Below, piece after piece: positions 51,096 through 64,000 of a stretch of 64,000 nt of DNA; within the stretch, counting starts at the first letter, position 1; the number at the start of each line of letters is the position of its first letter. This stretch comes from Coniocarpon cinnabarinum (lineage: Eukaryota): assembly GCA_051942205.1 (NCBI GenBank), contig JAVECO010000015.1, forward strand, positions 62,001 through 126,000, given 5' to 3'. The notes below the pieces were generated by a model, which was not told the origin of the DNA, made no database searches, and saw nothing but the letters and a program-made list of their open reading frames with translations. A program made the position numbers and the translations under genes.

Positions 51096-51240
51096 TATGG
51101 ATCAATATTTCGAAGGGTGTTAAATGGGATTGAAATACATAAAACTCATGTTCATACGGTTGAGGCAGTACCAAATTCATGGATCAATATTTCTAAAAGT
51201 GTTAAATGAAATTAAGATACGTAAATTCATGTCGATACGA
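51096..51240. repeat. Degenerate direct duplication, period 82 bp
   Basis: atggatcaatatttc..gtgttaaatg..att..atac at 51097 and again at 51179. Confidence 0.7.
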
Positions 51241-53647
51241 ATACGAATACAAAGCAAAGAGCAATAAGCTTGCATATACACGCGAGGAATATCATCATTT
51301 GATATGCGCGTCACATGAAATCACTCGAGCCATTGGTGAGCAGATCAACAGCATGTGTGACTGCAAGCGCGTGCACATGCCCTCAAATCGTCGGTGCCAA
51401 AGATGAAGTTGCTGGCTCAATCATAAAGTCGACTTCTCCTCCGAACCCTCTCACCAATTTTCAAATCACAGACTCGGTACTTCACTCGCACTTCTTGATT
51501 TTGACTTGTCTTTCTGCGTGCTTGCGAGTTCCATTTATTTATTTCCAGAACAAAAAAGGCCTTGTGGGGATTATCTGTAGCTGTTGAAGATGGCCTGGTA
51601 GAGCCATTGCGAAGGCTGTTCCTCTCATGCGGGTTCATGTCTTGTACATGCCCCTCTCATTATTATATCATGTCGGCCGGTGAAATCCAAGGCTGATATC
51701 GATATCTGACTTTATGAGGGATCGTGGAGATCTTTCAGATGCGCATTTACTTTACTACTCTCTCTCGGCTACCGGGGCCTCAGATGTGCAAGTTCAAGAT
51801 ATTAGACTGAAAGGGTATCAGAAATGGCAATTCATTGCTAATGTGATGGATCACCCGAGTGACAGGCCTATAGAACCCGAGCTCGTTTGAAATTCTCAGC
51901 ACCTTCATTTCGAATTACCTTCATTCTCAGGGTTCTCAGCAAACAGCCTTATCATCATGGACTTGCTTGATTATGTTATCGACGCTCAAACTTTGAATGT
52001 GGTGCGCGCAAGAAGCAGCCATCTCTGACGGCATCCGATTACTTCTATTTCGATTGATTGTATGAATGATGAAACTACACACAACTAAGCTATGCGCTGT
52101 CATCATTCGAGGCTCGCTTCCACAAAGACCCTGAACGATACCTTGCGAAGAAAACTGGCCGAGAAACCCCAGGGAAGAAAACCCGAGTTCAGATTCCGAT
52201 TGTGATGGATAGATAACGCGCGTGCGATAAAAGTGGGCTAGATGACTCCACAGACAGCTTAATGAATATCTTAATTGGCTTTGCTCGCGTTACTGCTACT
52301 CTAAGCAGACGGTAACCCACTAGCATAATCACCAGGAATCTCTTTGGCAGAGATATTTTCAGCTCGTGATGTCGAGCATGCGTGACTTTAAGCAGGCCCA
52401 AATTCATCTATCGAATGATCAGCGTGGTCAGTGACTCGGTAGTTAAAGGGTCAGTTATAGCAAACCATAATAATCCCGTTTCAGTTCTTGCTTTTATTAG
52501 TTCTCGCAGCCAATGCTACTGAACTGTAACTAGACTAAACTACAATTTACTAGTGTTTGCTTGTTTGTTATAGTAGACTATTACTATATTAGTTTAATTC
52601 TTACTCTTATCGGTTTTGGTAGCGTACGCTACTGATCTGTGACTAAACTAAACCAAACCATCGACCACACTATGAATGACCGCATTTTCAATTTGCAACG
52701 TTGGAACTTACACAGCGAGTATGCTTTGTAGGCCGCCCTTGACAATATTGAAAGTGCTTCCAATAGCCTTAATAATGTTTGGGTACTTGGTCTATTTTGA
52801 ATCGTGCTATGAACTTAAATACAATCTGATTTTGCGCCCAATTATTTTGATGACAGAGTGTAACCAAACAAACGGAAGCAAACGAGGAGAACAAAGCCAT
52901 CCAGAGAACGCGGCGGGACCAGCCGTTTCTGATTCAATTCCATCATTGTGTTTAACTTGAATCTTAAGTGGCGTTGCATGTCCCGTTCAATTTCTTGAGT
53001 TTTATTTACTTGAGTGACACATGCTTCGCTCATTCCTTCCGTTATTTCTTCTTCAATGGAATTGGTAGCTATATACACACTTTGGAGCAGCTTGGGGCTC
53101 GTCTCGAATCTTTCCATTGCTAATCCATCTCATGACTTTGAAAAAATACGGTAATGTACAGGACATTTTTTTAATCACTTCCCAGATCTTGCAGCACATT
53201 TCCGATCCATTGTATTTTCGGTATGCATTAGTGACCATTAACAGCGAATATTGCTTCGATCATTGAGCGCGAGACGTGGGTACTTCACATGGAGATGACG
53301 TCGTTGAAGCCATTGTGATCAAGTTCTTTCATTGGTCTGTTGGATCGCAAATGCCCTCATTAGACGAAGTCGATGAGTTCTAAACACGCTCTAGTTCGAT
53401 ATCGTGTAAGACGTAAAAGTTAGAATTAGCTCGAGGATGCTATCGTAGTAGTGTGGCGTTGATACTGGGTGCATGGTTAGCGGCAATTTTCCAAACCCCC
53501 TTGAGTGCATACAAGTCGTCATCAGATTAACTCATGGAAACTCTTCGAAACCCCTTTGATTCTTCTCATCGTCTCCCATTAGCTTATCTTCATAAGATTC
53601 TGATCCCACTTCTCCCTTTGGGAATCAGGCACTCATTCTTCGACATG

Positions 53648-55290
53648 TTAATAGCTTGATAGCCTCTTCGCTCTCAACTTCGGACCCCACCACCACAAAA
53701 TAGCCGTCGCTGGCAGTGCCAGGCTCAAGGAGACAAAAGCCAGCAGACTGTTTCCCCACCCATATCCCAAAGCGTCATACATCCGTTCTGCAAAGAGAGG
53801 AAACGCAAACGCCATTAGGCTTCGCGACAACTGCGTGGCAGCCGATGCAGAACCAACATGGGCTGGATACGCGTCCATGACATAAGCACGGAGTGTGGTA
53901 TCAAAGACTTGCATCCCGAGACAAAACATCGCCATACTGATGTCGACAACGAGCCAGAAGGTATGATAGCGTGCCGCCCAGCCATAAATGAGCAGACCTA
54001 TAGGCGTGAATCATGCGCTGGGCAGCAGGAGTGGAACGCGTAGCTCTGGACTTGCAGTCCCACCGCGACGGGCTTTCAGAGCACGGTATGTGTAATCCAT
54101 CAGAGGACCACAAAGCTGAGCACCGAGGAGCTCGCCAGCGCAGATGGCGATGTAGTGAAGGCCTGAGATAGAGATCGACTCGTGATAAGCGGAGACGTAA
54201 AGTGTCGAGAAGCTAGCAAGGGCGAAGTAGAGGAGACCGTAGTTGAGGCCGCCGAGAAGGGCTTGGAGTTGGATGGTTGGGTGAAATAGGAGGAGACGCA
54301 GCGGACGAGAGAGGCTATGTCGGAGGGTGGCGCTCGTGGAGTGACCGGCGTCGTTATCTTCGATTTCAGCGTGGTAACGGGAGTCATCGCATGTCTCTCG
54401 GAGCTTCTGAGCACGACGACGTAGCAGCAACGGTGCGTATGTCTCCCGAATCAGGGGCAGTGAGCACAACTCACAGACGCCCTGCAGAATCGTTGTCGCC
54501 CAAAACATCCATCGCCACGTCGTGTAATCCACAATGAATCCACCCACAATTGGTCCCACCGCCGCGCCCAGCAGTGGAATCAAGAGAAAAAGACTCAACG
54601 AGTGGCCTCGTTGCTCGGGCGTCCAGACATCGCCCAGCACACCATATGACAGACTGAACACAGCGCTGGCGCCGAAACCAGCGAGAAGTCGGGCGGCAAT
54701 GAGTAAGCCTTTGGAGTGTGCGAAACCGCAGATTAAGTTGAATACGAGGAACCAGACATTGGTTATGTGAATGATGGGTTTGCGGCCGTACACTTCGGAC
54801 AGGGGTCCAATGATGAGTGGACCGAATGCTGTGGCGAGGAGGTAGACGGAGAGGGCCATGGTGGATTCAGTGTTCGACATGTTGAGATCGGTGGCGATCG
54901 TGTTGATGGCCGGTGCCATCATCTGCAGAGACGGACGAGATCAGTATGAAAGCTCCAGTGGCAGACCTTTTTAGTCATCATGGGCACCGTGCCATCGCTG
55001 CCGTGGCAAAGACATACCGTCGAGACCATGATACGGTTGAAGCCCGTGGCCGACAACGCAAGCGTGACGCTCCATTTCATCTTCTTGGACCAGTTCTTGG
55101 GATCTTCTGCATCTCCCGTGTTGAATGTGACGAGGTAGGCGTCATCAGAGACTTCTACATTGCTGTGACCAGTATCTGTCTGAGCTTTGCCCCGCTCAAT
55201 GTCAGGAGACATATCCCTCGCAGCGACTCCTTGATGAGTTTCCTTTTCGTCCTCGTTAAATCCCTGACTGCGATCGGACGCGCCGGCCAT
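53648..55290 (-). pseudogene. MFS drug:H+ antiporter (DHA1-like) with one in-frame TGA
   Basis: DPKNWSKKMKW, GPLSEVYGRK, WRWMFW, ETYAP, PELRVP, LGYGWGNSLL. One intron about 54923-55016. TGA 54011-54013 is followed in frame by FTPIGLLIYGW... Confidence 0.85.
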
Positions 55291-56633
55291 AGCTTTCTTG
55301 GGGACCGAGACTGAGAAGCTGAGTAAATCAAGACCTGCATGATTAAATCAAAGAGAACAGTGAATGTCAGAGGACTTAACAAGCGCCAACAACCTGTCGA
55401 GAACCATGCGAGGACCATGTCACTACGCGAGAAGAATAGCGTGCCACTATCGCACGGCTACCTGCTAATCAACAACGGATGCCTACGCTTCCTCTCGCCG
55501 ATCCACAGCTTTTGAGTCCCAAATCCGAAAGCGGTGGGTACGTGCGAGACCAGCGAATGCAATGGAGCTCCTCTGCGTAAGGGCGAAGGCCAACATGTCG
55601 AAAAGCACGTATCACGTATGAGATAGATGTCACGTCTAGCACGCCTATGCAGACACGGGCGGACGAGTCACAGCATCTCTGCACCCCTGTGAATCGAGAA
55701 GCGTAAATATTCGCACAACGTCATGAGCACAATAGTAAGGTGCACAAGATGCTGATCGGAGCCGGGGAACTGTGGTAGTCCGACCGGTGGCGTAATTTGA
55801 TACCTTGTTTAGGCTGCCACTGCCAATTGCCGAGGGGCTGACGGCACAAAGAGCTTTTCCCAGCCCGGCATCAGCTATTCGACAGCAGAGGTAGGAAATA
55901 GGACGTTCTGTAAATCGTTCTATACATCGAAGGAGCCACAGGATGTCTTTAAGGAGACGTAATCCTGCTTTGCGTGCATGAGATACCTACCGGCTGTCAC
56001 AAGGTCACGTGAATATTCACATCTGCAGCTGGCGCTGGCACGCCCAAGTCCGAGTGAACATTGCTCGTTACATAGCTTCCCAAGAGCCTTGGGCTCCTAG
56101 AGCCGTCAAACTATTGTACAAAATTGTATCCGGCCGTCTGTCCCCTGAGTTCCGCCTCTGTTTGCGCTTGCTCCTTGAAAGCGTCCCCATTGGAATGATG
56201 ACCGTGTTTTCAATTAGAAAAACAATCCCAACCAGATCGCGCCAATGCAGAGATTCGGGCGGTCCAGATCAAGTAAAATCGTAAGTAAAACATCCATGTG
56301 GTCATCGTTTGGTGCTTTTATATAGAGCCGTGGTGGATTCCCGTGGACACATGAAATAAGCCACATCGGTGGAAGTAGAATCAAGAGTCGCAACGTGAAA
56401 GGGTTGATGGGTCATAGTGTAAAAGGATTGAGCAATTATTATGAGGAACGACTGGAGAGTCATGCAGTAGGACGCGTTGCTGACTGAGTCCGTGCAAACG
56501 TAGCAACGTCAGTGATACTCCAGCTGTGGTGGTGGCGAGTAGAGTAGTTCGCGACCGTTCCCGTCAAGGTAGCCTCGAGGGTCCTCTGTGGGAATTGTTA
56601 GCCACTTTTCCTCGTCCAAGCTTCAGGTATAAG

Positions 56634-59600
56634 TCATCTGCACTCACCACCCACTACCTTGAAGTGTCTCTCCCAGATCCAGCCGAGCCTTCCCTGCTTG
56701 TCGTCCTGATTGCGCGCCATCCAGAGTTCACCTTTACAACCAATCACGTCGAACACCGCGCCTTGTTGATATGTGAGATATGGAAAGCCCTGCTCTTCAC
56801 GGGATGGATTAATATTAAATTCATAGAGGCTGGCTGCAACAAAGAAAACTTCATACTCTGGTTCGCTTTCATGGCGGTCATAATGAGACCTCTTGACGAG
56901 CGCGGTCGACTCAGTCGGGGAGTCGGGCATGGGTAGTGCGGATTGATAGATCCCACGGCTGAGCGCGCTCGGAGGCGATTGTGTCGACTGCGCGAACTGG
57001 TTTGCGCTGGGTCGCACAGCTAGACTCGTCGCATTTTTACTATCAGACGCGCGACGGTCTTGACGGTCTTGCAATTGATATCGGCTGGAGAGATTGTTAG
57101 CAGCCAGATATGACGACGGTTCCTGGTTCGACGCTGGTGGTGTCTGATTGAGAAAGAAGGAGCTGTTGTGAGGGACGCTTGGAGCTGCAATCTGTGGAGG
57201 CACCGGCGGAAGTGGAGGTGCTGGCTTTGACAAGCGCTGTTGGTTGTGGGATCGACTGCGATTACGAGAATGCGGCGCGGAGCTCGAATAAGAGCGCCCG
57301 CTGTCGTTCGAAGCGCGTGTAGACATGTTCATTGAGGGAGACACGCTGCTCGTACTGCCTCGATGTGCGCTGCTAAGGGTCGTTTGCTCTGAGATTTGCC
57401 GGGCTGGAGGAGGCGTCAGCAATGTCCAGTCTTCAGAGTCCGTTCTCGAGTCCCATTGCGGATTCCACTCTACTTGAATGAAATCAGCAGTTCCCATCCA
57501 CAGGTGTCTGTTTCGCGCAGTCAAGTCGTCTACGAGTTTCTTCCAGTGAGCCCAATCTCCATCGTGGTGCCTGACGTATTCTGCAAATGGTTGCCGCCAT
57601 TTGTCATCTTCAAGGATGGGCATAATCTGTCGTTGCCAGAATTCATACCATCGACCTGTCAGGACGGCAAAGCTGGAGAGACATGCGCTGACCAGGCTCT
57701 TGGTTTTGCTGCGCAGCTTCGGAAGTTCTATTTTGAGAACCTCATTAAGAGCCTCAAATTCCTCAGCAGCTTCGGTGAGTTTTTTGTCGACCTTGTCGCC
57801 TTTTTCTTTTAGGCTCCTGTAGCGGATATAGTCGTTCAAGCGCTCCTTACGCTTCTTCGTAGTTCCCTCGACGCCTTTGTACACCTCTAAAAGAGCTCGC
57901 AAAGGATGGATGCAGGATCGATGAACTTGGCTGACCTGTTGTGTGATCCATATCAGTTACCAATGCGTACATGAATGAGCGCGTTGACTTACATGATCCT
58001 CGTATCCTCTCGAAAATAGCTCCTTGATGATTGCAACATAGCGCCGCCACTTACTCTCCAGCTCCGGGTGAGCGGATGGTTTGATGTCGAGGAAACCTCT
58101 CCAGGCTTCAGTGAAATCGTCACATGCCTTTCTGATACCGTCGTTTGAAGTCAATTGATTCTGGAATTCGCAGAGCACTACTGATAGCTTCATAAATCCT
58201 GAAGAGAACAGTGAAAAGGCTGAATTGTACTCGAGGTCTTCGAAGAAATCGGCTTTACCCATTTTCTGCCTTGTTTTGTCAGTCCAATTCAGTATTGGCT
58301 TGAAGAAGTTGGTCCGCTTTGGCTCGTGACTGGTCGCATTCTTAATGAGATCAGATTGCTTCTTTAATTGGTTGATGCGTTGGTTGATTGCAACCAGACC
58401 GTCGCGCGCTGCTTCAATCTTCTTCCGATCGGGATGATCATCTGCGGTGTGCCTCCTCAACTCAGTGAGTAGCAGGGGATATCTCGTGATGCGTTGCGTG
58501 GGCTTTATGATCAAAGCATCTAAGTTCCAGGCTTCGGTGAGGTCTTTTGCATGTTCATAACACTCTGCAAGCCATGATTTGACGCTTTCCATGTCCTTCA
58601 GCCGCTTTAATGTCTGATTTGCGCTCTCGGCGTTCTTCAGATATTCGGCATAGATTTTTTCCATTCGTGGGAGAAATTCAAGGGTTACCATGCCTATCGC
58701 AGTCCTGTGGTCGGCTTCGTCAACATTCATCTCTCGAGCTGGATCCAACCGATTCGATGACGAAGTAGAGATTGAGCTGTCACGATTCATCTCACTGGCT
58801 CTCCCCGAAAGCTTGCGAGAGCGAACATAGACGCCCCGTGTCACGTCTTTCAAGCGGTCCGCATATTCCCGTGACAATTTCACCATTTCGGCGGTGTTAC
58901 CAAAAAGCAAAGCGATATCTCGCGTCGTCAAGTCAGCACAGGAGCCAGTAGTCTCGAGGTAGATATCATGAAGAACTGTCATATCCTGATAGTACGCGTA
59001 CTCGGTATCGATTAGCTCCTGGATGACGCGCTGGCGCTGGCTCAGAATCGGTGCTTCAGGAATGGTGAAACCATTTTGATCGACAGAGGGCTGCCTGGAC
59101 GACTGTTCTGTGGAGCGAAACGACTGTGGACGAGAAAGCGAAGTTGGTGGGGTCTCAGGCCCTTCTTGCTGCCCACTGGTAGCCTGCTGACTATCGATGC
59201 TACGTGCATATTGCTGTTGAGACGCGAGCGATGAATCTGTAGACCGGGAGAGTGTTCCAATACGCTCCACTCCAAGACGTGTCTGAGCCGGGGCATTTTC
59301 AGGGTGTAGCAGGCCTAGGCCACCTCCTGTGTCCTGGATCTCTGGCAGAGACGGCTGCTCACTGGTGGTGGAATGGACGGTTTGTGCAGAAATCCGATGC
59401 GGTAGAGGAGTGGCATTCGATGCAGTGTCGTCCTCAGACCCAATATTTGTTGACGGAGGAGCTGATTTTTGTGGAGCCGTAAGCTCAGCCGGCAGCTCGG
59501 CAGGCGCTTCAATGGGACCCGCAGTTGGGTACATTTTGCTTGAAGTCGCAGAGTCACGCGTGGACTGGGAAGAAAGGCTACTTTGCTCCCGGGTTCTCTC

Positions 59601-61724
59601 GATACGAAGGGGAGACGGTTGAAATCCGAGGGAATACTGTGACGTCTGGCGGGATAATGCTTCGTGCTGGACATGTTGTTCGAACTGATGCATTGGAATA
59701 GGATTTCCAGAGACGAGGATGTGTTGCTGAAACTGCTGTATCATGTCAGGCGACAAGGATCCTGACTGTTGGTACTCGTCGATTATGTTATTGTAGGTCG
59801 TGTATCCGTCGTCATCGACATTGATCCTGCCCTCGTACGTGTCAGAAACTCTTTTAGGCACCAAATAACCGTGCTCATTAACTTCGGGTGACGATATCTG
59901 ACTCTGAGCGTGGTTTGATTGTCCCGATTCGGGGCTTTTGGTCGAGCTAGCCTGCGGCGCGAATTGAAGAAGAGCATCATCCAAGACAATGTCAATGGTC
60001 CCTGCGTTATCTGCATCTTGGGACAAGGCAGGCGAGGCTTCTAAGGGTCGATGAGGGACGAACTGGGGTGGAGGTCGACGCTCGATGTGGTCTGTTTTCA
60101 CGGTCAGTCCCAACGCCTGTCTTTGCACTGAATCCCTGTGACTTTTGCTTGATCCGTCTTGGTTGCCAGCTTCGAATTGCTCTACTTCTTGCTGCATGGA
60201 TTCAGAATTCTGCTGCCCTTCGTCGCTGGGTGGAAAATCAGGTCGAGTCGCTGACAGTGGCGTATCTTCTTCAAAATCTGTCGCTGTCTCTTCAAATTCA
60301 GTAACGCTGCCCGGCGTGTGAGCTCGTTCGTGGCGAGCATCGTTCGGCTGGACAGCCAATTTCGGCCGTTCCTGCTTCTGGTAAACTGCACTCGAAAGTT
60401 GAGTCAGCAAATTTGGCTGCACATATTCTGCTGTGGTTGAGGGCGCATGATTAGAAAAACTACCAGACCGAGATTCTGTCCGAATCTCTGGGATCACTGG
60501 CGAGTCTTGGGGTTTGTCAACGAACGAGTCTCGAAAGGCACCAGGAATGCGACGCTCAGGAGAAGGACTGCTAAACGAGCCTTTATTGCTGGTTCCATTG
60601 ACGGCCGAGACCCGCTGTCGTGGTCTTGAACTTCGCAGTGCCGGCGATTTCTTTGGAGATGCCTCACGGATGGATGCGTTTAGGCGCTTCTCTGGAGATT
60701 TCGGAAAGGTCTCCAAAGGACTAAAGGAAAGCGGAGACGGTGGGGTCGGCGAACGATGATGCTCACCATTGCCGTAACGCTGAGAGGCGCCCATCGGCTT
60801 AGAGTCGTCATCGAAGGAACGCTTTCTTGCACCATGAGTCGAAGCAGGTATACGTGACTGCTGGCGCTTGTCCATGATATCCTGCATGACCTCAGGCTGA
60901 AGAATCGTTGGCAATGCAGCAAAGTCAAGCGGCTGCATCGCAGCTGCAATTGTGGTCGCATCGCTCTGAGAGGCATCGCTCTTTGAACGGCGATGAGACG
61001 CAATAGAGTCGGAAGCGGAAGCAGCAGAATGAGCTTCAACATGGTGCAGATTGGCGTTTGGCTCCGTAGGTGACACTGGCATGTGACGCAGGCTTCCATC
61101 TGATCCGGAGCGTTTCACCTGGTGCGGAATCCCATGGCCCAATGATTCTCCACCTTCATCTGCGGTGATCTCCCCATACAACTTTCTCTCTGACGTGACG
61201 GAAGAGAATGATTGCGCCTGCAACGGCGGCGGTGCGCGTGCTTGAGATGACTTGGACGTTGCGGGCGCATCCCTGGTCCCGGAGTGCTGTTGTGTCAGGT
61301 TATTGCGAGGTTCAGAGGAAGAGGTCAAATTCGAGTGGGGAGATGTCGGCTTGCGAGGCAGTGCTTGCGGGTCATGATGAAGCTTTGTCGCTTCGGGAGC
61401 GCGACTGGAAGGCGTCTTGGGCCTCGGGAGGCCACTGCTGGTCGCTGATGTTGATCGCGTTGCCAGCGCTGGAAGTGGAGGGGTGGGGACGTGGGCAGCG
61501 GTGTCCTTGTGGCGACCTTCAAACCCGGCCGCCAGATCTCGAACCGACTTCTTCTGACCTGGGACGACGCGGGGCAAGCCTGAGGTGGTGGGCGTGGATG
61601 CGCTGCGCAAGGCGCCTGGATTGGGCGGAGGGTTGGTCGAGTGGGAGTGAGGTACGGGCTGGGGGATGCGGCGTGGGCGGACAGGTGGGAAGGGATCGAG
61701 GGGCGCGTCTGGCGGCGAGGACAT
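56634..61724 (-). CDS. RhoGEF (DH)-BAR-SH3 protein, dynamin-binding-protein-like
   Basis: RQRVIQELIDTEYAYYQDM, LIIKPTQRITRYPLLL (DH), KKRKERLNDY...LNEVLKIELPKL (BAR), ASLYEF...FDVIGCKGELW...GWIW (SH3). Intron about 57935-57991. First in-frame ATG 61724. Confidence 0.9.
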
Positions 61725-61975
61725 GGCCGGCCAGTGGCAAGCAAAAGGCTCGCCCTGGCGAGGAGGTGAAGAGGTGCACTGTGTTGCAGTGCGGCAACAC
61801 GAGTGACGAGGTGGGCACGCTGGCAAGGTGCAGCCAAGTGTTGGAGCGCGCTGGGATGGAAGGACTGGCGCCGGGATCGCGGCGAGCCCAAAGAGGCAAT
61901 TTTGGGTTCGAGGCAGCCAAAAGCAAAAGCACGGCCTCACCAGCCTCGTACGCACCCACGCTCGTCCCCAAGGTT

Positions 61976-62016
61976 TCTCTCTCCTCTCCCTCTCTCTCTC
62001 TCTCTCCCTCTCTCTC
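61976..62016. repeat. Imperfect (CT)n microsatellite upstream of the RhoGEF gene
   Basis: Read directly. Confidence 0.85.
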
Positions 62017-63525
62017 TTCTCCCCAGTCCCAGCGGTACGGCTCAAACGGGGGGCGCTGCGGGTGTTGTGGGCGGCGGATGTGGGAGGGAGGAGGGTTTGC
62101 AAAATCGACCTCTGCCTCCGTCGCGCCGTCGCTCCGTCGCTGGCACGCGGGTGACACACACACCCACTGTACTCCCACTCCTCCTCCCACTCCCACGCGT
62201 CACACGGCGTCCGCGGCGTTCTACCTGTCTCTCTCTCGCCGTCTTCTATTCGTTCTATTTCTTCATCTATTCAACTCCTGGCAGCGCATTGGCTGCTTGT
62301 CCTGCACGACACGTCCCCTCGCGCCACACAACTGCCCTGCAGTCGCTGCGTTCAATGCCTAGGTAGGCAGTCTCATTAAGGCAGGTCTGCACCAATTTTT
62401 AGATAGCGCGATAGTCCTGGTGACGTGGGGCCACTTGGCTCCCTCACTGCTGAGCCACAAGGGCTAGCACAAAAGGGAACCTACGGAGTATTGGTTTTCG
62501 TCTTTCTCCCTGCCCTGCAAGTGGAACTCCTCCAAATCAACCCCATGGTTCATCGGCCCCACACGCCCGCTACATTGCCTGCATTGGTCGATGTTTTCTT
62601 TGGCATTTTGAATGCTAAAATACACACGCATCTCCTCTGCCAAACGGCGTGAGGATGTTTCACTCCCACCTGACGCACGCGCACGGCACAAGGCCGCTCG
62701 CCATGAATCTTCACTCTTCCCCTCGCTGCTCGTGCTGCCTCGGCCAGCGGCCCTTTCAACGGCACGCCTCCTTTCCTGACTCGATGTGGCTCCAAATTCC
62801 CAAACGCGGTGGCGGTATGGGGTTGTGTCCGTTTCTGTGTGATGGAGTCCAGTATCAGTGAACTGCATGTGTAGACGCCACTCCTCTGCATACGCTCCCA
62901 TCACTAAGTGTAACAGCGTGGCTAGCCCATCACTAGGCGTATAGAAGACCTATGTCTTCATGTTACCCTGCCCTTAAGGAGAAAGCAGCAAGTCTTGAAT
63001 GGCTATCGAGCGGTGTCGCGTCGTTTCATGTTGTGCATGTGATCTTCCTTGATGTTCACCAAAGCATGCCAAGCGTGCCTTGGATTCATGATTCTGACGG
63101 ACGTGTGTGGCACAGAATCTTTTTGATCACCTGCCGAGTATTGGTATCAAATGTTTCAGTCTGCCTTGTCTCACGTCCTCTGAGCCCTAGGGCTATACTC
63201 GTACCTGTGTCGCTTTCCACACAGAAACAGGGCTGGTGTATCTGCTCGCCATCATGGCCATGTCCCGGATGTTATCCCTTGGTAGCCACATTTCGACCGT
63301 CTCTACCCTTAGTTGAATCGCAGCGTCTTGCGGATGAGTCGTCCTGACGACTTGTGCTCGTTTCTATCGTCTCATACTAATGGCCACAGAGTTGGCCGAG
63401 GCAATTCGTCTGCTTTCAGCAGCTACTTGGTCCGGATAAACGCTGTCTCCGAGCATTGTGCCTAATCTGCTCGTATTGAAATGTCGTAGTAGAATTTGCC
63501 GCAACGAAGAAGCTTGTGCAATTGC

Positions 63526-64000
63526 TCATCGGTTTCCTAGGACTTGCTTGGTGACTTCCAGAGGCATGCAATAGACAGGGTCGACAGCAATCGTCCCGTG
63601 ATGCTTTATCAAGCTCAAACCAGCAATACCAAAATGTGTATGGAAGACGTCGACCATGTCTCCGGGTCGGTCAGCAATCCCGCCGTTGTAAGGATCTTGA
63701 CATTGCAAGATGAAGCGTGATAACGCTGGCGCGTCAATCCAATGGAGTCGTCCAATGATGGCCAGACTGGCCGCCACCCACCAGCTGTAACAGACATCTT
63801 CAAGTTTCTCAGGACGCCCATTAAGTCCCCCGTTCGAAAGCTGACGCTCCGACAGCCAACTGCCCAGTCGGTCTCGATTCACGAGATCCAACCGGCCAAG
63901 GATGGCGAGAGAAGCGACGCAAGTCCAAATTTGACCAGAATGGGACTCGGCACCGGGCGTCGTTCCGTATCCACCGTCAAAATTGCGGCAGGCGTCGATG
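63526..64000 (-). CDS. BET2: Rab geranylgeranyltransferase (GGTase II) beta subunit, 3' part only
   Basis: [67 protein letters not shown]. Confidence 0.95.
   Translation of the reverse strand, partial: IDACRNFDGGYGTTPGAESHSGQIWTCVASLAILGRLDLVNRDRLGSWLSERQLSNGGLNGRPEKLEDVCYSWWVAASLAIIGRLHWIDAPALSRFILQCQDPYNGGIADRPGDMVDVFHTHFGIAGLSLIKHHGTIAVDPVYCMPLEVTKQVLGNR

Noticed and set aside
61725..62159. 145-codon in-frame open extension upstream of the RhoGEF ATG
   Set aside because: It has no ATG, is GC-rich, includes a GA microsatellite, and all frames are open here. It is most likely UTR or promoter.
13555..64000. Several trafficking and cytoskeleton genes (YIP3, tropomyosin, CHC1, RhoGEF-BAR, BET2) in one window
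   Set aside because: They are widely spaced and interleaved with unrelated genes, which is compatible with chance.

Overview
Gene-dense, intron-containing filamentous ascomycete (Pezizomycotina) genomic DNA. I can support about 24 protein-coding loci. Most are housekeeping genes: NEDD8 protease, LYAR zinc finger, LRR protein, acyltransferase-3, Mpv17/PMP22, YIP3, ERJ5, a probable securin, tropomyosin, RRP17, BIG1/Voa1-like, pyruvate carboxylase, clathrin heavy chain, ADE16/17, a RhoGEF-BAR-SH3 protein and partial BET2. Two accessory-looking intervals interrupt them. The first (about 21.1-31.3 kb) holds an intact SesA/HeLo-like + ubiquitin-like + Zn-finger gene converging on a patatin-NB-ARC-TPR NLR that carries two single-base frameshifts in A-runs. 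The second (about 50.3-55.3 kb) holds AT-rich relic DNA and an MFS transporter with one in-frame TGA. The most notable leads are a 402-aa ORF starting 29 nt after the YIP3 stop (possible bicistronic or recoded unit), the NLR/effector island, and the securin candidate. Exon boundaries were read by eye from GT-AG and branch motifs. Family assignments come from motif recognition, not database searches.
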